A DNA stretch of 64,000 bases from the IMG/VR virus record IMGVR_UViG_3300020220_003261. The stretch is one strand, 5' to 3'. This stretch comes from a virus. Under the pieces are notes generated by a model. The model was not told the origin of the DNA. It did no database searches and worked only from the letters and a program-made list of their open reading frames with translations. Shown in pieces: positions 40,262-48,974 of the stretch (position 1 is its first letter; every line of letters starts with the position of its first letter). Made by a program: the position numbers and the translations under genes.

Positions 40262-40427
40262 ATTATTTTTATTTGTATTAAGTGTAATTTACACTTTAAG
40301 ATTTATAATTGAATTTGCATTAAAACTAATATTGCAAAACAATCCTGATCCTATGAAAATATCAAATGTAAATCAAATTTTTTTATATTTCTCAATTTCA
40401 TATATTATAACATTTATATTAATTTAG
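40248..40427 (+). CDS. Small two-TM membrane protein, 59 aa (not in ORF track)
   Basis: Manual translation: MEQIKLFLFVLSVIYTLRFIIEFALKLILQNNPDPMKISNVNQIFLYFSISYIITFILI*. It fills the gap exactly. Confidence 0.7.
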   Translation: MEQIKLFLFVLSVIYTLRFIIEFALKLILQNNPDPMKISNVNQIFLYFSISYIITFILI

Positions 40428-40433
40428 TCAAAA

Positions 40434-40889
40434 GTGTTTGAAAATATAAAATATTTAAGACCATACTTTCATTCATTAAGAGAGATAGAAAATAATGTTA
40501 GTTTAGACATAAAGTTACCTTTGACTTGGATTATAGATGATATTTTGAAACCATATAGGTCTTTACAAACTAAGATTCAGCATAAAAATGAAAAATTAAT
40601 ATTAATATCTTTGATTGCAAACGCGACACAAGAAGGGTATGATTTGGTTTTTGTTGCGGCTTCAAATATTATTAAAGTTAATGGAGAATTAGAAGAAAAA
40701 GAAAAGTTATTTCAAGAAAAAGTAAAAGAATTAGAAATATTATTTAAAAAAGAATCTATAGATAAATTAAAAGATATTAATCTTCTCGAAAACTATGAAC
40801 AAGAAAATGAAACAAGCATCGGATTGGTTGATCGCAGAGATGGAAAAGGACAAGACGGAGATATCAATTCACAAGAAGCAGATGATTGA
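40434..40889 (+). CDS. hypothetical protein, 151 aa
   Basis: GTG-started ORF with a coiled-coil C-terminal half. Confidence 0.7.
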   Translation: MFENIKYLRPYFHSLREIENNVSLDIKLPLTWIIDDILKPYRSLQTKIQHKNEKLILISLIANATQEGYDLVFVAASNIIKVNGELEEKEKLFQEKVKELEILFKKESIDKLKDINLLENYEQENETSIGLVDRRDGKGQDGDINSQEADD

Positions 40890-40998
40890 TGAAATCAAAA
40901 AGATTGATAAAGAAAAAATATTTCAACCAAAACCAAAAAAGAAAGTATCTATATTAGACAAAATATTAGTGATATTGGGTTATGGAAAAAAAAGGTGA
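40795..40998 (+). CDS. hypothetical protein, 67 aa
   Basis: Basic helical ORF overlapping both neighbours. Confidence 0.55.
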   Translation: MNKKMKQASDWLIAEMEKDKTEISIHKKQMIDEIKKIDKEKIFQPKPKKKVSILDKILVILGYGKKR

Positions 40999-41215
40999 AT
41001 TTTTAAATCAACTTGCTGTCATATCAGATTTGATTGAAAGTTTAAGTGTTGATACTAAATCACAAACATTAATTTTTGAATTGTCTAAGGTAGAATTTGA
41101 ACGAGCATTTGATTTAATACAAAAGAAATATGGTAGAAAAATGGATCAACCTTTAGATAGTTTTACAATTTCTATAGGTATGGTTGATATTGTATTTAAT
41201 ACGAGTAATGTCTGA
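40982..41215 (+). CDS. hypothetical protein, 77 aa
   Basis: ATG ORF that converges on the minus-strand gene. Confidence 0.7.
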   Translation: MEKKGEFLNQLAVISDLIESLSVDTKSQTLIFELSKVEFERAFDLIQKKYGRKMDQPLDSFTISIGMVDIVFNTSNV

Positions 41216-41834
41216 AAAGTTCCGTTTTTTTAAATCCTTTGGATTCTAATAGTTTGTATAGTAATTTTCTTTGATGAGTTGTAACGTCCTTTACAAAAAT
41301 GAAATTTGTTTTCTTTTTATTTAACAAATCATCCCTAACGATTTCAAATAATCTTTCACTATCTTTTATATTTTTATTACCAAATAATTTAACATCATCC
41401 TCAATTTGAACAAATAATTTATTATTCAATGTAAAAATTTGTGCGATTTCATTTATTGGGTAAATTTTTTCCATCATCTCATAAAACCTTACTCTTTTTT
41501 TTATTTGAAAATCGTACACTAACTCTTCTTTCCAATAAGGGATTATTTCTTTTATTCTATACTTACCATCTTCAATCTTTGCTTCTAAATTTCTACCTAA
41601 ACTATCTTTTACCCAAGGATTAGTTGACCATCTTGTATTAGGATAAATCAGTGCAAGTTCAAATATTTGTTCATGACTTCTTTTACCACCTTGTATTTTA
41701 ATAAATGGTGGTTTTTTTTGTGTTTTATATTCATTCCATGGTTCGGTAATCGTTGTTCTTTTCATGCAACGATATAATATTTTAACTCTTTTTTTATTAC
41801 AAAAAAGAACAATAAAATATTTTCCATTTTTCAT
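41196..41834 (-). CDS. hypothetical basic protein, 212 aa
   Basis: Longest ORF in the region. Strand composition switches here. Confidence 0.8.
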   Translation of the reverse strand: MKNGKYFIVLFCNKKRVKILYRCMKRTTITEPWNEYKTQKKPPFIKIQGGKRSHEQIFELALIYPNTRWSTNPWVKDSLGRNLEAKIEDGKYRIKEIIPYWKEELVYDFQIKKRVRFYEMMEKIYPINEIAQIFTLNNKLFVQIEDDVKLFGNKNIKDSERLFEIVRDDLLNKKKTNFIFVKDVTTHQRKLLYKLLESKGFKKTELFRHYSY

Positions 41835-41992
41835 ATTATTTTATTTATAAGTGAATATAACCCATATAAACCCAACAATCCCCATATTACAATAACCCAA
41901 ATAACAATTTTATTGACAACGGAATATTGTTTAAACACATCATTTGGATTGGGTTTTCTTCCACTTTTATCTTTACATGTTTTACAACTCAT
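41831..41992 (-). CDS. Small CxxC + C-terminal TM protein, 53 aa (not in ORF track)
   Basis: Manual translation: MSCKTCKDKSGRKPNPNDVFKQYSVVNKIVIWVIVIWGLLGLYGLYSLINKII*. Its TGA overlaps the ATG of the 41834 gene (ATGA). Confidence 0.7.
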   Translation of the reverse strand: MSCKTCKDKSGRKPNPNDVFKQYSVVNKIVIWVIVIWGLLGLYGLYSLINKII

Positions 41993-42096
41993 GTTTTAAT
42001 ATACACATTTTTTACTATAAATCAATGTGTAAATAATCCATCTTTTTTTTTTGAATTTTTTTGGTTATATTTTTTTATATAAAATAGATTAATATT

Positions 42097-42933
42097 ATGA
42101 TATCATATATTGGGGGTAAAGCAAGAATTGGTAAATGGATACAAAATTATATTCCGAGTAGTATAGAAACATATGTTGAAGGGTTTTCAGGAATGTTTTG
42201 GGTTTTTTTTAATATGGACTTAAAGAAATACCCAAATTTAAAAACTGTTGTATATAATGATTTTAATAGATTGAACACTAACCTATTAAAATGGGTAAAA
42301 CAGTATGATACACTATGGGATGCATTAAGATTATATCCTTGTCAACAATTAAATGTTGTCGATACTCCACCTGAGTATGAACAAATGTTTAATGAATATC
42401 AAAAAGAAGTATTTAATCCTGAATTAGTTATGACAGAAGAAAATGGATTGGAAATTGCCTGTAAGTATATTTATGTTCTATGTCAGGTATTTTCGGGTTC
42501 TAAACCTGAAACTGCATCATATATGGATTATAAAGGGAAATATAGATGTAAAGTTCTTGTGTTCATGGACAAACTTAAAAACCCAAAGTATAGGGAACAT
42601 TTTGATAGAATAACCTTTGTTGAAAATTCTGATTTTCAGGATATCGTGATAAAATATGATTCCCCAACTACATATTTTTATATGGATCCACCATATTGGA
42701 AAACAGAAAATTATTATTCAAATCATGATTTTGATAGTAAAGATCACGAAAGACTCGCGAATTGTATAAAAGGAATAAATGGTAAATTTAGCTTATCCTA
42801 TTATGATTTTCCTTTGTTATCGGAATGGTTTCCCAAAGATTCGTATAGGTGGGAACAAAAAGATTTTAGAAAGGCGGCTTCAACAAAAAAAGAAAAGAAC
42901 ATTGGAACCGAACTTTTAATTATGAATTATTAA
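42097..42933 (+). CDS. Orphan N6-adenine DNA methyltransferase (Dam/D12 class)
   Basis: YIGGK, YVEGFSG (motif I variant), YNDFN, YMDPPY, ELLIMNY. Confidence 0.88.
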   Translation: MISYIGGKARIGKWIQNYIPSSIETYVEGFSGMFWVFFNMDLKKYPNLKTVVYNDFNRLNTNLLKWVKQYDTLWDALRLYPCQQLNVVDTPPEYEQMFNEYQKEVFNPELVMTEENGLEIACKYIYVLCQVFSGSKPETASYMDYKGKYRCKVLVFMDKLKNPKYREHFDRITFVENSDFQDIVIKYDSPTTYFYMDPPYWKTENYYSNHDFDSKDHERLANCIKGINGKFSLSYYDFPLLSEWFPKDSYRWEQKDFRKAASTKKEKNIGTELLIMNY

Positions 42934-42955
42934 TAAATATTTATAAAAAAAAGAT

Positions 42956-43492
42956 ATGAATACATTTTGGTATGTGGTTAAGGTTACGCCTGGCAAAGAG
43001 AGATCTTTAAATGAAGAATTTAACAAATTAATTTCTTTAGGTAAAATCGAATTTATCAATAGATTTATTTGTCCAACTGAAAAAGAATTTATTATTATTA
43101 AGAAAAAAAAGGTATTAAGGGAAAAGGTGATATATGGTGGTTATCTCTATTTTGAATCAAAAAATAGATTAAATGAAGATGAGTTAAAAAATGTATCCAT
43201 GATGCCAAACATTATGGGGTTAATGGGTGATAAAAAACCTTTACTAATGTCACCGACTGATATATCACGAATATTGAAAGACGAATCTTTAACAGAGCAC
43301 ATTGAATCAAAAAAAGTAAAATATATTGTGGGAGAAAACGTCATGGTTTCTGATGGACCCTTCAAAGATTTTTATGGTATTATTGAAGAAGTGAAAAATG
43401 AAAAAGTTTACGTAAAAATAAAAATATTTGGAAGAGATAATAAAGTAGAATTAACTTTGTCACAAGTTGAAAAAGCACAAAATGTCATCTGA
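42956..43492 (+). CDS. nusG: NusG-family transcription elongation / antitermination factor
   Basis: NGN domain (WYVVKVTPGKE...YGGYLYFE) plus KOW (VGENVMVSDGPFKDFYGIIEEV...KIFGR..VELTLSQVEK). Confidence 0.9.
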   Translation: MNTFWYVVKVTPGKERSLNEEFNKLISLGKIEFINRFICPTEKEFIIIKKKKVLREKVIYGGYLYFESKNRLNEDELKNVSMMPNIMGLMGDKKPLLMSPTDISRILKDESLTEHIESKKVKYIVGENVMVSDGPFKDFYGIIEEVKNEKVYVKIKIFGRDNKVELTLSQVEKAQNVI

Positions 43493-43769
43493 GGTTTTAA
43501 TTTATTTACAGACGGTCAAAAATTACTTTACAAGTAATGATGAAGCAAGAATTTATTTTATTGGATCTTCAGATGAAGAATTGTTTTACGAACATTTAGC
43601 AGAGATATCACAAAAAAATTTCGAAAAAGAAGGTGAGGTTTACTTATCAAAAGAACAGTTTGAACTTCTTAGAAAAACTATGATAGCGGTCGGCATTGCA
43701 AAAGGTAATGTTGAAAATTCAGGTTTATTTTTTTATGTTTCAGGTTATGGACACTTTTCATTGAACTAA
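43482..43769 (+). CDS. hypothetical protein
   Basis: ORF overlapping the nusG end. ATG 43482 is preferred over 43467. Confidence 0.7.
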   Translation: MSSEVLIYLQTVKNYFTSNDEARIYFIGSSDEELFYEHLAEISQKNFEKEGEVYLSKEQFELLRKTMIAVGIAKGNVENSGLFFYVSGYGHFSLN

Positions 43770-43770
43770 C

Positions 43771-43801
43771 TTTGTTATTAGTTAATTTTATTTTATATTT
43801 C
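43771..43801 (+). promoter_or_regulatory. Bacteroidota-type promoter (TTTG - 19 nt - TATATTTC)
   Basis: TTTG at 43771 and TAnnTTT(C) at 43794, with spacing that fits the -33/-7 consensus. Confidence 0.55.
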
Positions 43802-43805
43802 ATAT

Positions 43806-44879
43806 ATGAATAGAAATATACCAAACAATTTTTTATTGTATGATACTTCTTACGGAAATGAAATTCCAGCTGAACAATTATTCATAATATTTTTTGATGA
43901 AATGCCATCTAAACAAGTTGATTCAAACATTTATTATGATGTCTCTATTGTAGATGAATTTAAAAAAATGGATTTTGTGGAGGAGTCAAGAGTTTATTGT
44001 AATAACAGAAGATTAGAATTACAGTCGCAAATTTTGTTTACTAACAAAAAAACAAAACAAATGGTAAGAATAAACGGAACCACAGATAAAAACAAAGATA
44101 ATTTATTACAATTAGAGTTTATTTTTTCTATCAAAAATGGAACACTTGAAGAACAATATGATTTAGATAGATTAAAAAAATTCCAAAGACAAAAGAAAAA
44201 GTCAAACATAAAATTAGTAAAAAGTGATATGGGTCACTTAGATACTGAAGATTATGACTTGTTAATACCTCAAATAAATTTGGAATTAAATTATGGTAAA
44301 GAATTTATAAAAATTCATGATACTATTGTTGAGAAACTAAATAAGACTGAAGGTAAAGGAATTATTTTATTACATGGTGATCCTGGAACTGGTAAAACAT
44401 CCTATATAAAATATCTAACATCTCTTGTTAAAGAAAAGGATATATTATTTATACCACCATCTATGGCGGAAATGTTATCAGACCCATCAATTATACCATT
44501 TCTAATGGAACATAAAAATTCTATTTTAGTTATTGAAGATGCTGAAAGAGTGATATCGGACAGAGAAAATAATGGTTCGCCTGAGGGAGTATCTAATATT
44601 TTAAATTTGACTGACGGTATACTTGGGGATTGTTTAAGTATACAAATAGTTGCGACATTTAATATGAAGAGGGAAAAAATAGATCCGGCATTACTAAGAA
44701 AAGGAAGACTGATAGCGGAACACAAATTTGAAAAACTTTCTATATATGATACTGAAAAATTGTTAAGACATTTGAAAAAAGAGAGAACAATATATGAGGG
44801 TATGTATTTGGCTGATATTTACAATATCGACGTTGAGGAATTCAAAAGTAATAAAACAATAAAAATTGGATTTACATAA
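43806..44879 (+). CDS. AAA+ ATPase
   Basis: Walker A GDPGTGKT, Walker B LVIEDAE, ATFN sensor, DPALLRKGRL second region of homology. Confidence 0.9.
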   Translation: MNRNIPNNFLLYDTSYGNEIPAEQLFIIFFDEMPSKQVDSNIYYDVSIVDEFKKMDFVEESRVYCNNRRLELQSQILFTNKKTKQMVRINGTTDKNKDNLLQLEFIFSIKNGTLEEQYDLDRLKKFQRQKKKSNIKLVKSDMGHLDTEDYDLLIPQINLELNYGKEFIKIHDTIVEKLNKTEGKGIILLHGDPGTGKTSYIKYLTSLVKEKDILFIPPSMAEMLSDPSIIPFLMEHKNSILVIEDAERVISDRENNGSPEGVSNILNLTDGILGDCLSIQIVATFNMKREKIDPALLRKGRLIAEHKFEKLSIYDTEKLLRHLKKERTIYEGMYLADIYNIDVEEFKSNKTIKIGFT

Positions 44880-45184
44880 TGGAAAATTTGAACTCAGAAC
44901 AAGTAAAAAAATTAAAGAATCAAGGTAAAAAATTATTAGTGGATTACTATGCGAAATGGTGTGGTCCATGTAAATCATTGATACCAAGACTTGAATTAAT
45001 TGAAAAAGAATACGATTACGTCACATTTGTAAAAGTTGACGTAGACGAAAATAAAGATTCATTAATAGAATTGAGTATAAACAGTGTACCTACAGTAATG
45101 ATATATGACGGAAATACTTTAGTTGAAAGATTAATAGGTGCAAACCCCGACTACATGTATAAAGATATTTTGAATAAATTATAA
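44879..45184 (+). CDS. trxA: Thioredoxin
   Basis: YAKWCGPCK, FVKVDVD, SVPT. Confidence 0.93.
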   Translation: MENLNSEQVKKLKNQGKKLLVDYYAKWCGPCKSLIPRLELIEKEYDYVTFVKVDVDENKDSLIELSINSVPTVMIYDGNTLVERLIGANPDYMYKDILNKL

Positions 45185-45466
45185 ATGTCAAATACTATTA
45201 TTTTATTTACATTAAATGGATGTAGTCATTGCACAAGTTTGAAAAAAAGATTAAACTTATCTAATATAGAATATCAAGATATTGAGATATCTCAGAATCA
45301 AAAAATTTGGGATCAAGTTGTAAAACAAACAGGACACAATGTTTTACCGACAATATTTGTAAAAAACTCAACGACGGATCTTGGGCCGGTTTATGTTCCT
45401 GGTCGTGATTATCAAAACGAAGATGAGATTTTTGAGATAATTGAATCTTACCTTAGAGAAGATTGA
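45185..45466 (+). CDS. Glutaredoxin / NrdH-like redoxin
   Basis: FTLNGCSHCTSLK, VLPTIF. Confidence 0.85.
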   Translation: MSNTIILFTLNGCSHCTSLKKRLNLSNIEYQDIEISQNQKIWDQVVKQTGHNVLPTIFVKNSTTDLGPVYVPGRDYQNEDEIFEIIESYLRED

Positions 45467-45768
45467 AGAGTATCAAGTAATTTTTTGTAAAAAATATCTT
45501 GGTTAACACCGATAGATCTATTTACTAACTGATTTCCATTAAAAACCATTGTTGTTGGAGTAACACCAATACCGAGTTCTTCTGCGTTTTTTTTATGTTC
45601 TGCTATATTAATTTTTACAAAAGTAACATCGGTATATTCATTTTCGAATATTTCTAATCGAGGAATTAGTGTTATTGACGGTCCACACCAAGGTGCGTAA
45701 TAATCAACAAATAGTTTTTTCCCTTCCAATTTTAGTTGATCTAATTCTTGTGGTGTTACACTTCTCAT
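45448..45768 (-). CDS. Monothiol (CxxS) thioredoxin paralog
   Basis: KKLFVDYYAPWCGPS...LIPRLE...VTFVKINI is colinear with the 44879 Trx. Confidence 0.85.
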   Translation of the reverse strand: MRSVTPQELDQLKLEGKKLFVDYYAPWCGPSITLIPRLEIFENEYTDVTFVKINIAEHKKNAEELGIGVTPTTMVFNGNQLVNRSIGVNQDIFYKKLLDTLQSSLR

Positions 45769-45893
45769 TATTTTTAATTTATTTTTAAAATTTTTATGAG
45801 TTATCTCTCTAATATGTAAATATCTGATAAAAAATTAAGTTTTTATTGTTGATAACACAAATAAAAAGTATTTATGTAAAAGATCTTTTTTAG

Positions 45894-46661
45894 ATGCCAT
45901 TACAACGAATTAATTGGTTACAAATTGACACTGCTAATGTCCCTTCTGGTTATACAATAGATTTAGGTGCGGTATCAGGACCATTGAATACAGGATATTT
46001 TGAAAATTTATATATCTCTGGTTTAGAATTTATTGACTACATTGGAGAGGTAGGTGGGGTCGACACTTTAAATACATATACATCTTCACTAAATCAAGCA
46101 ATTGAACTAACTGGATCTAATCTTACAGTCAAAGGAAATCTACTTGTAAAAGGAACAACGACGACAATTAATTCTAATGTAATAGATTTAGGTGATAATA
46201 TAATATCATTAAATGGTTCAGCGGGAAATTTTGGAGGTATATACGTAAATGATCCAACGAATCCAAAAAAAATCTCTGGTTCTTTATTATGGGATTCAAT
46301 AAATGATTATTGGATTGCTGGCCCAAGTGGTAGTGAAAGTAAAGTTATTTTATCAACTGATAACAATGCAGGTATTTGGAGGGAGACAGGTTCGTTCTTC
46401 GCGGCAACTAAAGATTTACAAGTTACGGGGTCGATGTTAATTAAGGGTGACTTAAAGGTTGAAGGTACAACCACATTAGTTCAAAAATTAGATTCAAATG
46501 TAGAATCTTTAATTGTTTCAGGTGCTATGAGTATTGTAAGGAACGAATTGACGCCTCAAATAGTTTCCGCATCTATGACAATACAAAATTTAGGCACGCT
46601 AGCAGACAGAAGCAAAATGTCCGTATTTAATGAGATTGATTGTGGAGACGGTTTTTTTTAA
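45894..46661 (+). CDS. Tail fibre-associated structural protein (proximal segment)
   Basis: beta-repeat NLTVKGNLLVKGTTTTINS, C-terminal EIDCGDGFF. TATTTAT at 45869. Confidence 0.65.
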   Translation: MPLQRINWLQIDTANVPSGYTIDLGAVSGPLNTGYFENLYISGLEFIDYIGEVGGVDTLNTYTSSLNQAIELTGSNLTVKGNLLVKGTTTTINSNVIDLGDNIISLNGSAGNFGGIYVNDPTNPKKISGSLLWDSINDYWIAGPSGSESKVILSTDNNAGIWRETGSFFAATKDLQVTGSMLIKGDLKVEGTTTLVQKLDSNVESLIVSGAMSIVRNELTPQIVSASMTIQNLGTLADRSKMSVFNEIDCGDGFF

Positions 46662-46673
46662 TTGAAAATAAAG

Positions 46674-46681
46674 TATTTATA
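46674..46681 (+). promoter_or_regulatory. TATTTATA putative late promoter
   Basis: Intergenic, upstream of fibre gene 46711. Confidence 0.6.
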
Positions 46682-46710
46682 GATAATAAAATAAGACTAT
46701 AATTTAGAAA

Positions 46711-48828
46711 ATGGCACAAATAATTAAACACAGAAGGGGTTCAATTAATTCACTATCCGCTGCGACTGCGAAAAAGGGCGAATTAGTAATGGCCACAGGT
46801 TCTGTAGGAAACATGCAAGGTCCATGGATTTTCGTTGGTGAAACAGAGGGAACAGCCGGCGCATTCAGAAGTTTATCTAAAATTTACCAAGGTACGGATG
46901 TACCAAATTTAACAGGTGGAGAATTCGGATCAACACTTAATGGAACACCTTATTACGGTACAGCAAATCAATCTTTATATATTTTAAGTAATGCGGGTAA
47001 TACCTTAATGGATTTGACAGGTAACATCGAGGGAAATCTTATTAGTGGAGTTACAATAAATAATCTAACAGGTACCACAGTAACGGTCACAGGATTAACA
47101 AATAATAGATTAGTTGTGGTCGGTGCCAATGGATTGCTACAAGACAGTGCAGATTTAACTTTTGACGGAAGCAAGTTTAAAATTGGACAAGGTCAATTCG
47201 AAATTGATAACACTACGGGTAACATTAGAACTTCAGGTTCTATTACTATGAAAGGTAACATCATAATTGGCGATAGTCAAACTGATATTATTGATTTTAA
47301 TGGTGAGGTTAGTTCATCTATTATTCCATCTGGTTCAAATTTATTTGATTTAGGTTCCACAACTAATGCGTGGAAAGATTTGTACGTAAGTGGAACCGCA
47401 TATGTTGAAAACATTAATATTGGCCAAGTTTCATTAACAAATTTAGCATTACCCGGTAATTTAACAGTAAGCGGCACAACAACACTAAGTGGTTCTGTTT
47501 TTATTGAAGATTTAACAGACAATAGAATTGTAATTGCGGGTTCAGGTGGCCAATTAGAAGACGACGTAAACTTCACTTTTAATGGAACTCAATTAAACAT
47601 TGGACAAGGTAAATTTACAATACAACAAGGTAGTGGAAATATCAATACCTTAGGTACTTTAAACGTAAGCGGTGCAACGATTTTACAAAACACATTAACA
47701 GTAGACGGTGCATCAGAATTAAAAGGTGCCGTTGGAATGAATTCAACACTTGATGTTACAGGTTCAGCAAATTTAAAAAATAATCTCTCAGTATCAGGAA
47801 CAACAAATGTTGTTGGAGCAACAACTTTACAAAACACATTAACAGTAAATTCAACATCGGAACTTAAAGGTGCTGTTGGAATAAATTCAACACTTGATGT
47901 TACGGGTTCAGCACAATTCAAGAGTACAATTAATGTTGATGGTGAAGCGACACTAGCATCAGCAACGGTTGAGGATTTGACACAAGACAGAATTGTAACT
48001 GTGGGCGCCGGTGGTTCATTAATAGACAGTTCAGGATTTACATATAATGGTTCACTTTTCAAAATTGGTGATGGAAAATTTGAAGTAGACACAAATGATG
48101 GTGACATAAGAACATCGGGTTCATTAACTATTCAAAACGGAATAACAATTAATGGTAATCAAACAATTAATGGTGCTCTTACTGTTACTGGAAACACAAT
48201 AATTAATAGTAATCTTTATGTTTCTGGTAATGTTGAGTTTTTAGCAACATCATCCTATGTTCACATTTCTTCTTCAATAGTTGAATTAGATGACAACATT
48301 ATAAGATTAAATGCATATTCACCATTTGAAAGATATGCCGGTTTTGAGGTTATGGATTCAGGATCAAGTGGAGTTTCAGGTTCAATTCTTTGGGATTCAC
48401 TTAATGATTATTGGATGTTTGTTTCAGGTTCAGGTCAATCAAGTAAAATAATTGGAACAACAACCGGAGCTTATGGATCGGAGGTAAGTTTAACAAGTAA
48501 CACAATTCCAAAAGCAACTGGTACAAATACAATTGGCGATAGTTTATTAACAGATAATGCAACAACTTTAGCTTATAACACCAATAAATTTACAGTGACA
48601 TCAAGTAATGGTGCAACATTAATTGCTGGCAATGTAACATTATCGGCAAGTGGTGGTTCAGACGGTGGTGCCAATAGTTCAGCAATAGTATTCAGAAATT
48701 CATCAAATGTACTTGGTTATGTTCCAACAGCAGTATCAACAGTTGAAACAAACGGATTGCTTGGATATAGACCATCAAGTGGTCAATTAATATTTTCTGA
48801 TCTTATTGATGGCGGAACATACGATTAA
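46711..48828 (+). CDS. Tail fibre protein with internal repeats
   Basis: N-terminal MAQIIKHRRG...KKGELVM (Mtd-N/hyaluronidase-N-like), three copies of a LTxxRIVxxGxxGxLxD...IGxGxF module, C-terminal LIDGGTYD. Confidence 0.75.
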   Translation: MAQIIKHRRGSINSLSAATAKKGELVMATGSVGNMQGPWIFVGETEGTAGAFRSLSKIYQGTDVPNLTGGEFGSTLNGTPYYGTANQSLYILSNAGNTLMDLTGNIEGNLISGVTINNLTGTTVTVTGLTNNRLVVVGANGLLQDSADLTFDGSKFKIGQGQFEIDNTTGNIRTSGSITMKGNIIIGDSQTDIIDFNGEVSSSIIPSGSNLFDLGSTTNAWKDLYVSGTAYVENINIGQVSLTNLALPGNLTVSGTTTLSGSVFIEDLTDNRIVIAGSGGQLEDDVNFTFNGTQLNIGQGKFTIQQGSGNINTLGTLNVSGATILQNTLTVDGASELKGAVGMNSTLDVTGSANLKNNLSVSGTTNVVGATTLQNTLTVNSTSELKGAVGINSTLDVTGSAQFKSTINVDGEATLASATVEDLTQDRIVTVGAGGSLIDSSGFTYNGSLFKIGDGKFEVDTNDGDIRTSGSLTIQNGITINGNQTINGALTVTGNTIINSNLYVSGNVEFLATSSYVHISSSIVELDDNIIRLNAYSPFERYAGFEVMDSGSSGVSGSILWDSLNDYWMFVSGSGQSSKIIGTTTGAYGSEVSLTSNTIPKATGTNTIGDSLLTDNATTLAYNTNKFTVTSSNGATLIAGNVTLSASGGSDGGANSSAIVFRNSSNVLGYVPTAVSTVETNGLLGYRPSSGQLIFSDLIDGGTYD
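47682..47913 (+). repeat. Direct in-frame repeat, 144-nt period (LQNTLTV..SELKGAVG.NSTLDVTGSA x2)
   Basis: Copies start at 47682 and 47826 with strong DNA similarity. Confidence 0.85.
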
Positions 48829-48849
48829 AACAAATTATACATTTATTTA

Positions 48850-48875
48850 AAAGGGAGAAATTTATTTCTCCCTTT
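48850..48875 (+). terminator. Intrinsic terminator-like hairpin
   Basis: Perfect 11-bp stem AAAGGGAGAAA/TTTCTCCCTTT with TTTA loop after the 46711 gene. Confidence 0.8.
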
Positions 48876-48902
48876 CTCATTTATTTAATCCAAAATTTTA
48901 TG

Positions 48903-48960
48903 TATTTATAGAGAGACTTAAATAAGTCTGATTAACCGTGGTATATACCACAATCGATTG
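48903..48960 (+). promoter_or_regulatory. TATTTATA late-promoter motif followed by three inverted repeats
   Basis: TATTTATA at 48903; AGACTTA-aa-TAAGTCT 48914-48929; GTGGTATATACCAC 48938-48951; CAATCGATTG 48951-48960. Confidence 0.6.
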
Positions 48961-48974
48961 AGGGAACCATAAAT

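Noticed and set aside
42097-42933. Restriction-modification system
   Set aside because: No cognate endonuclease next to the MTase; its neighbours are nusG and a divergent small membrane gene.
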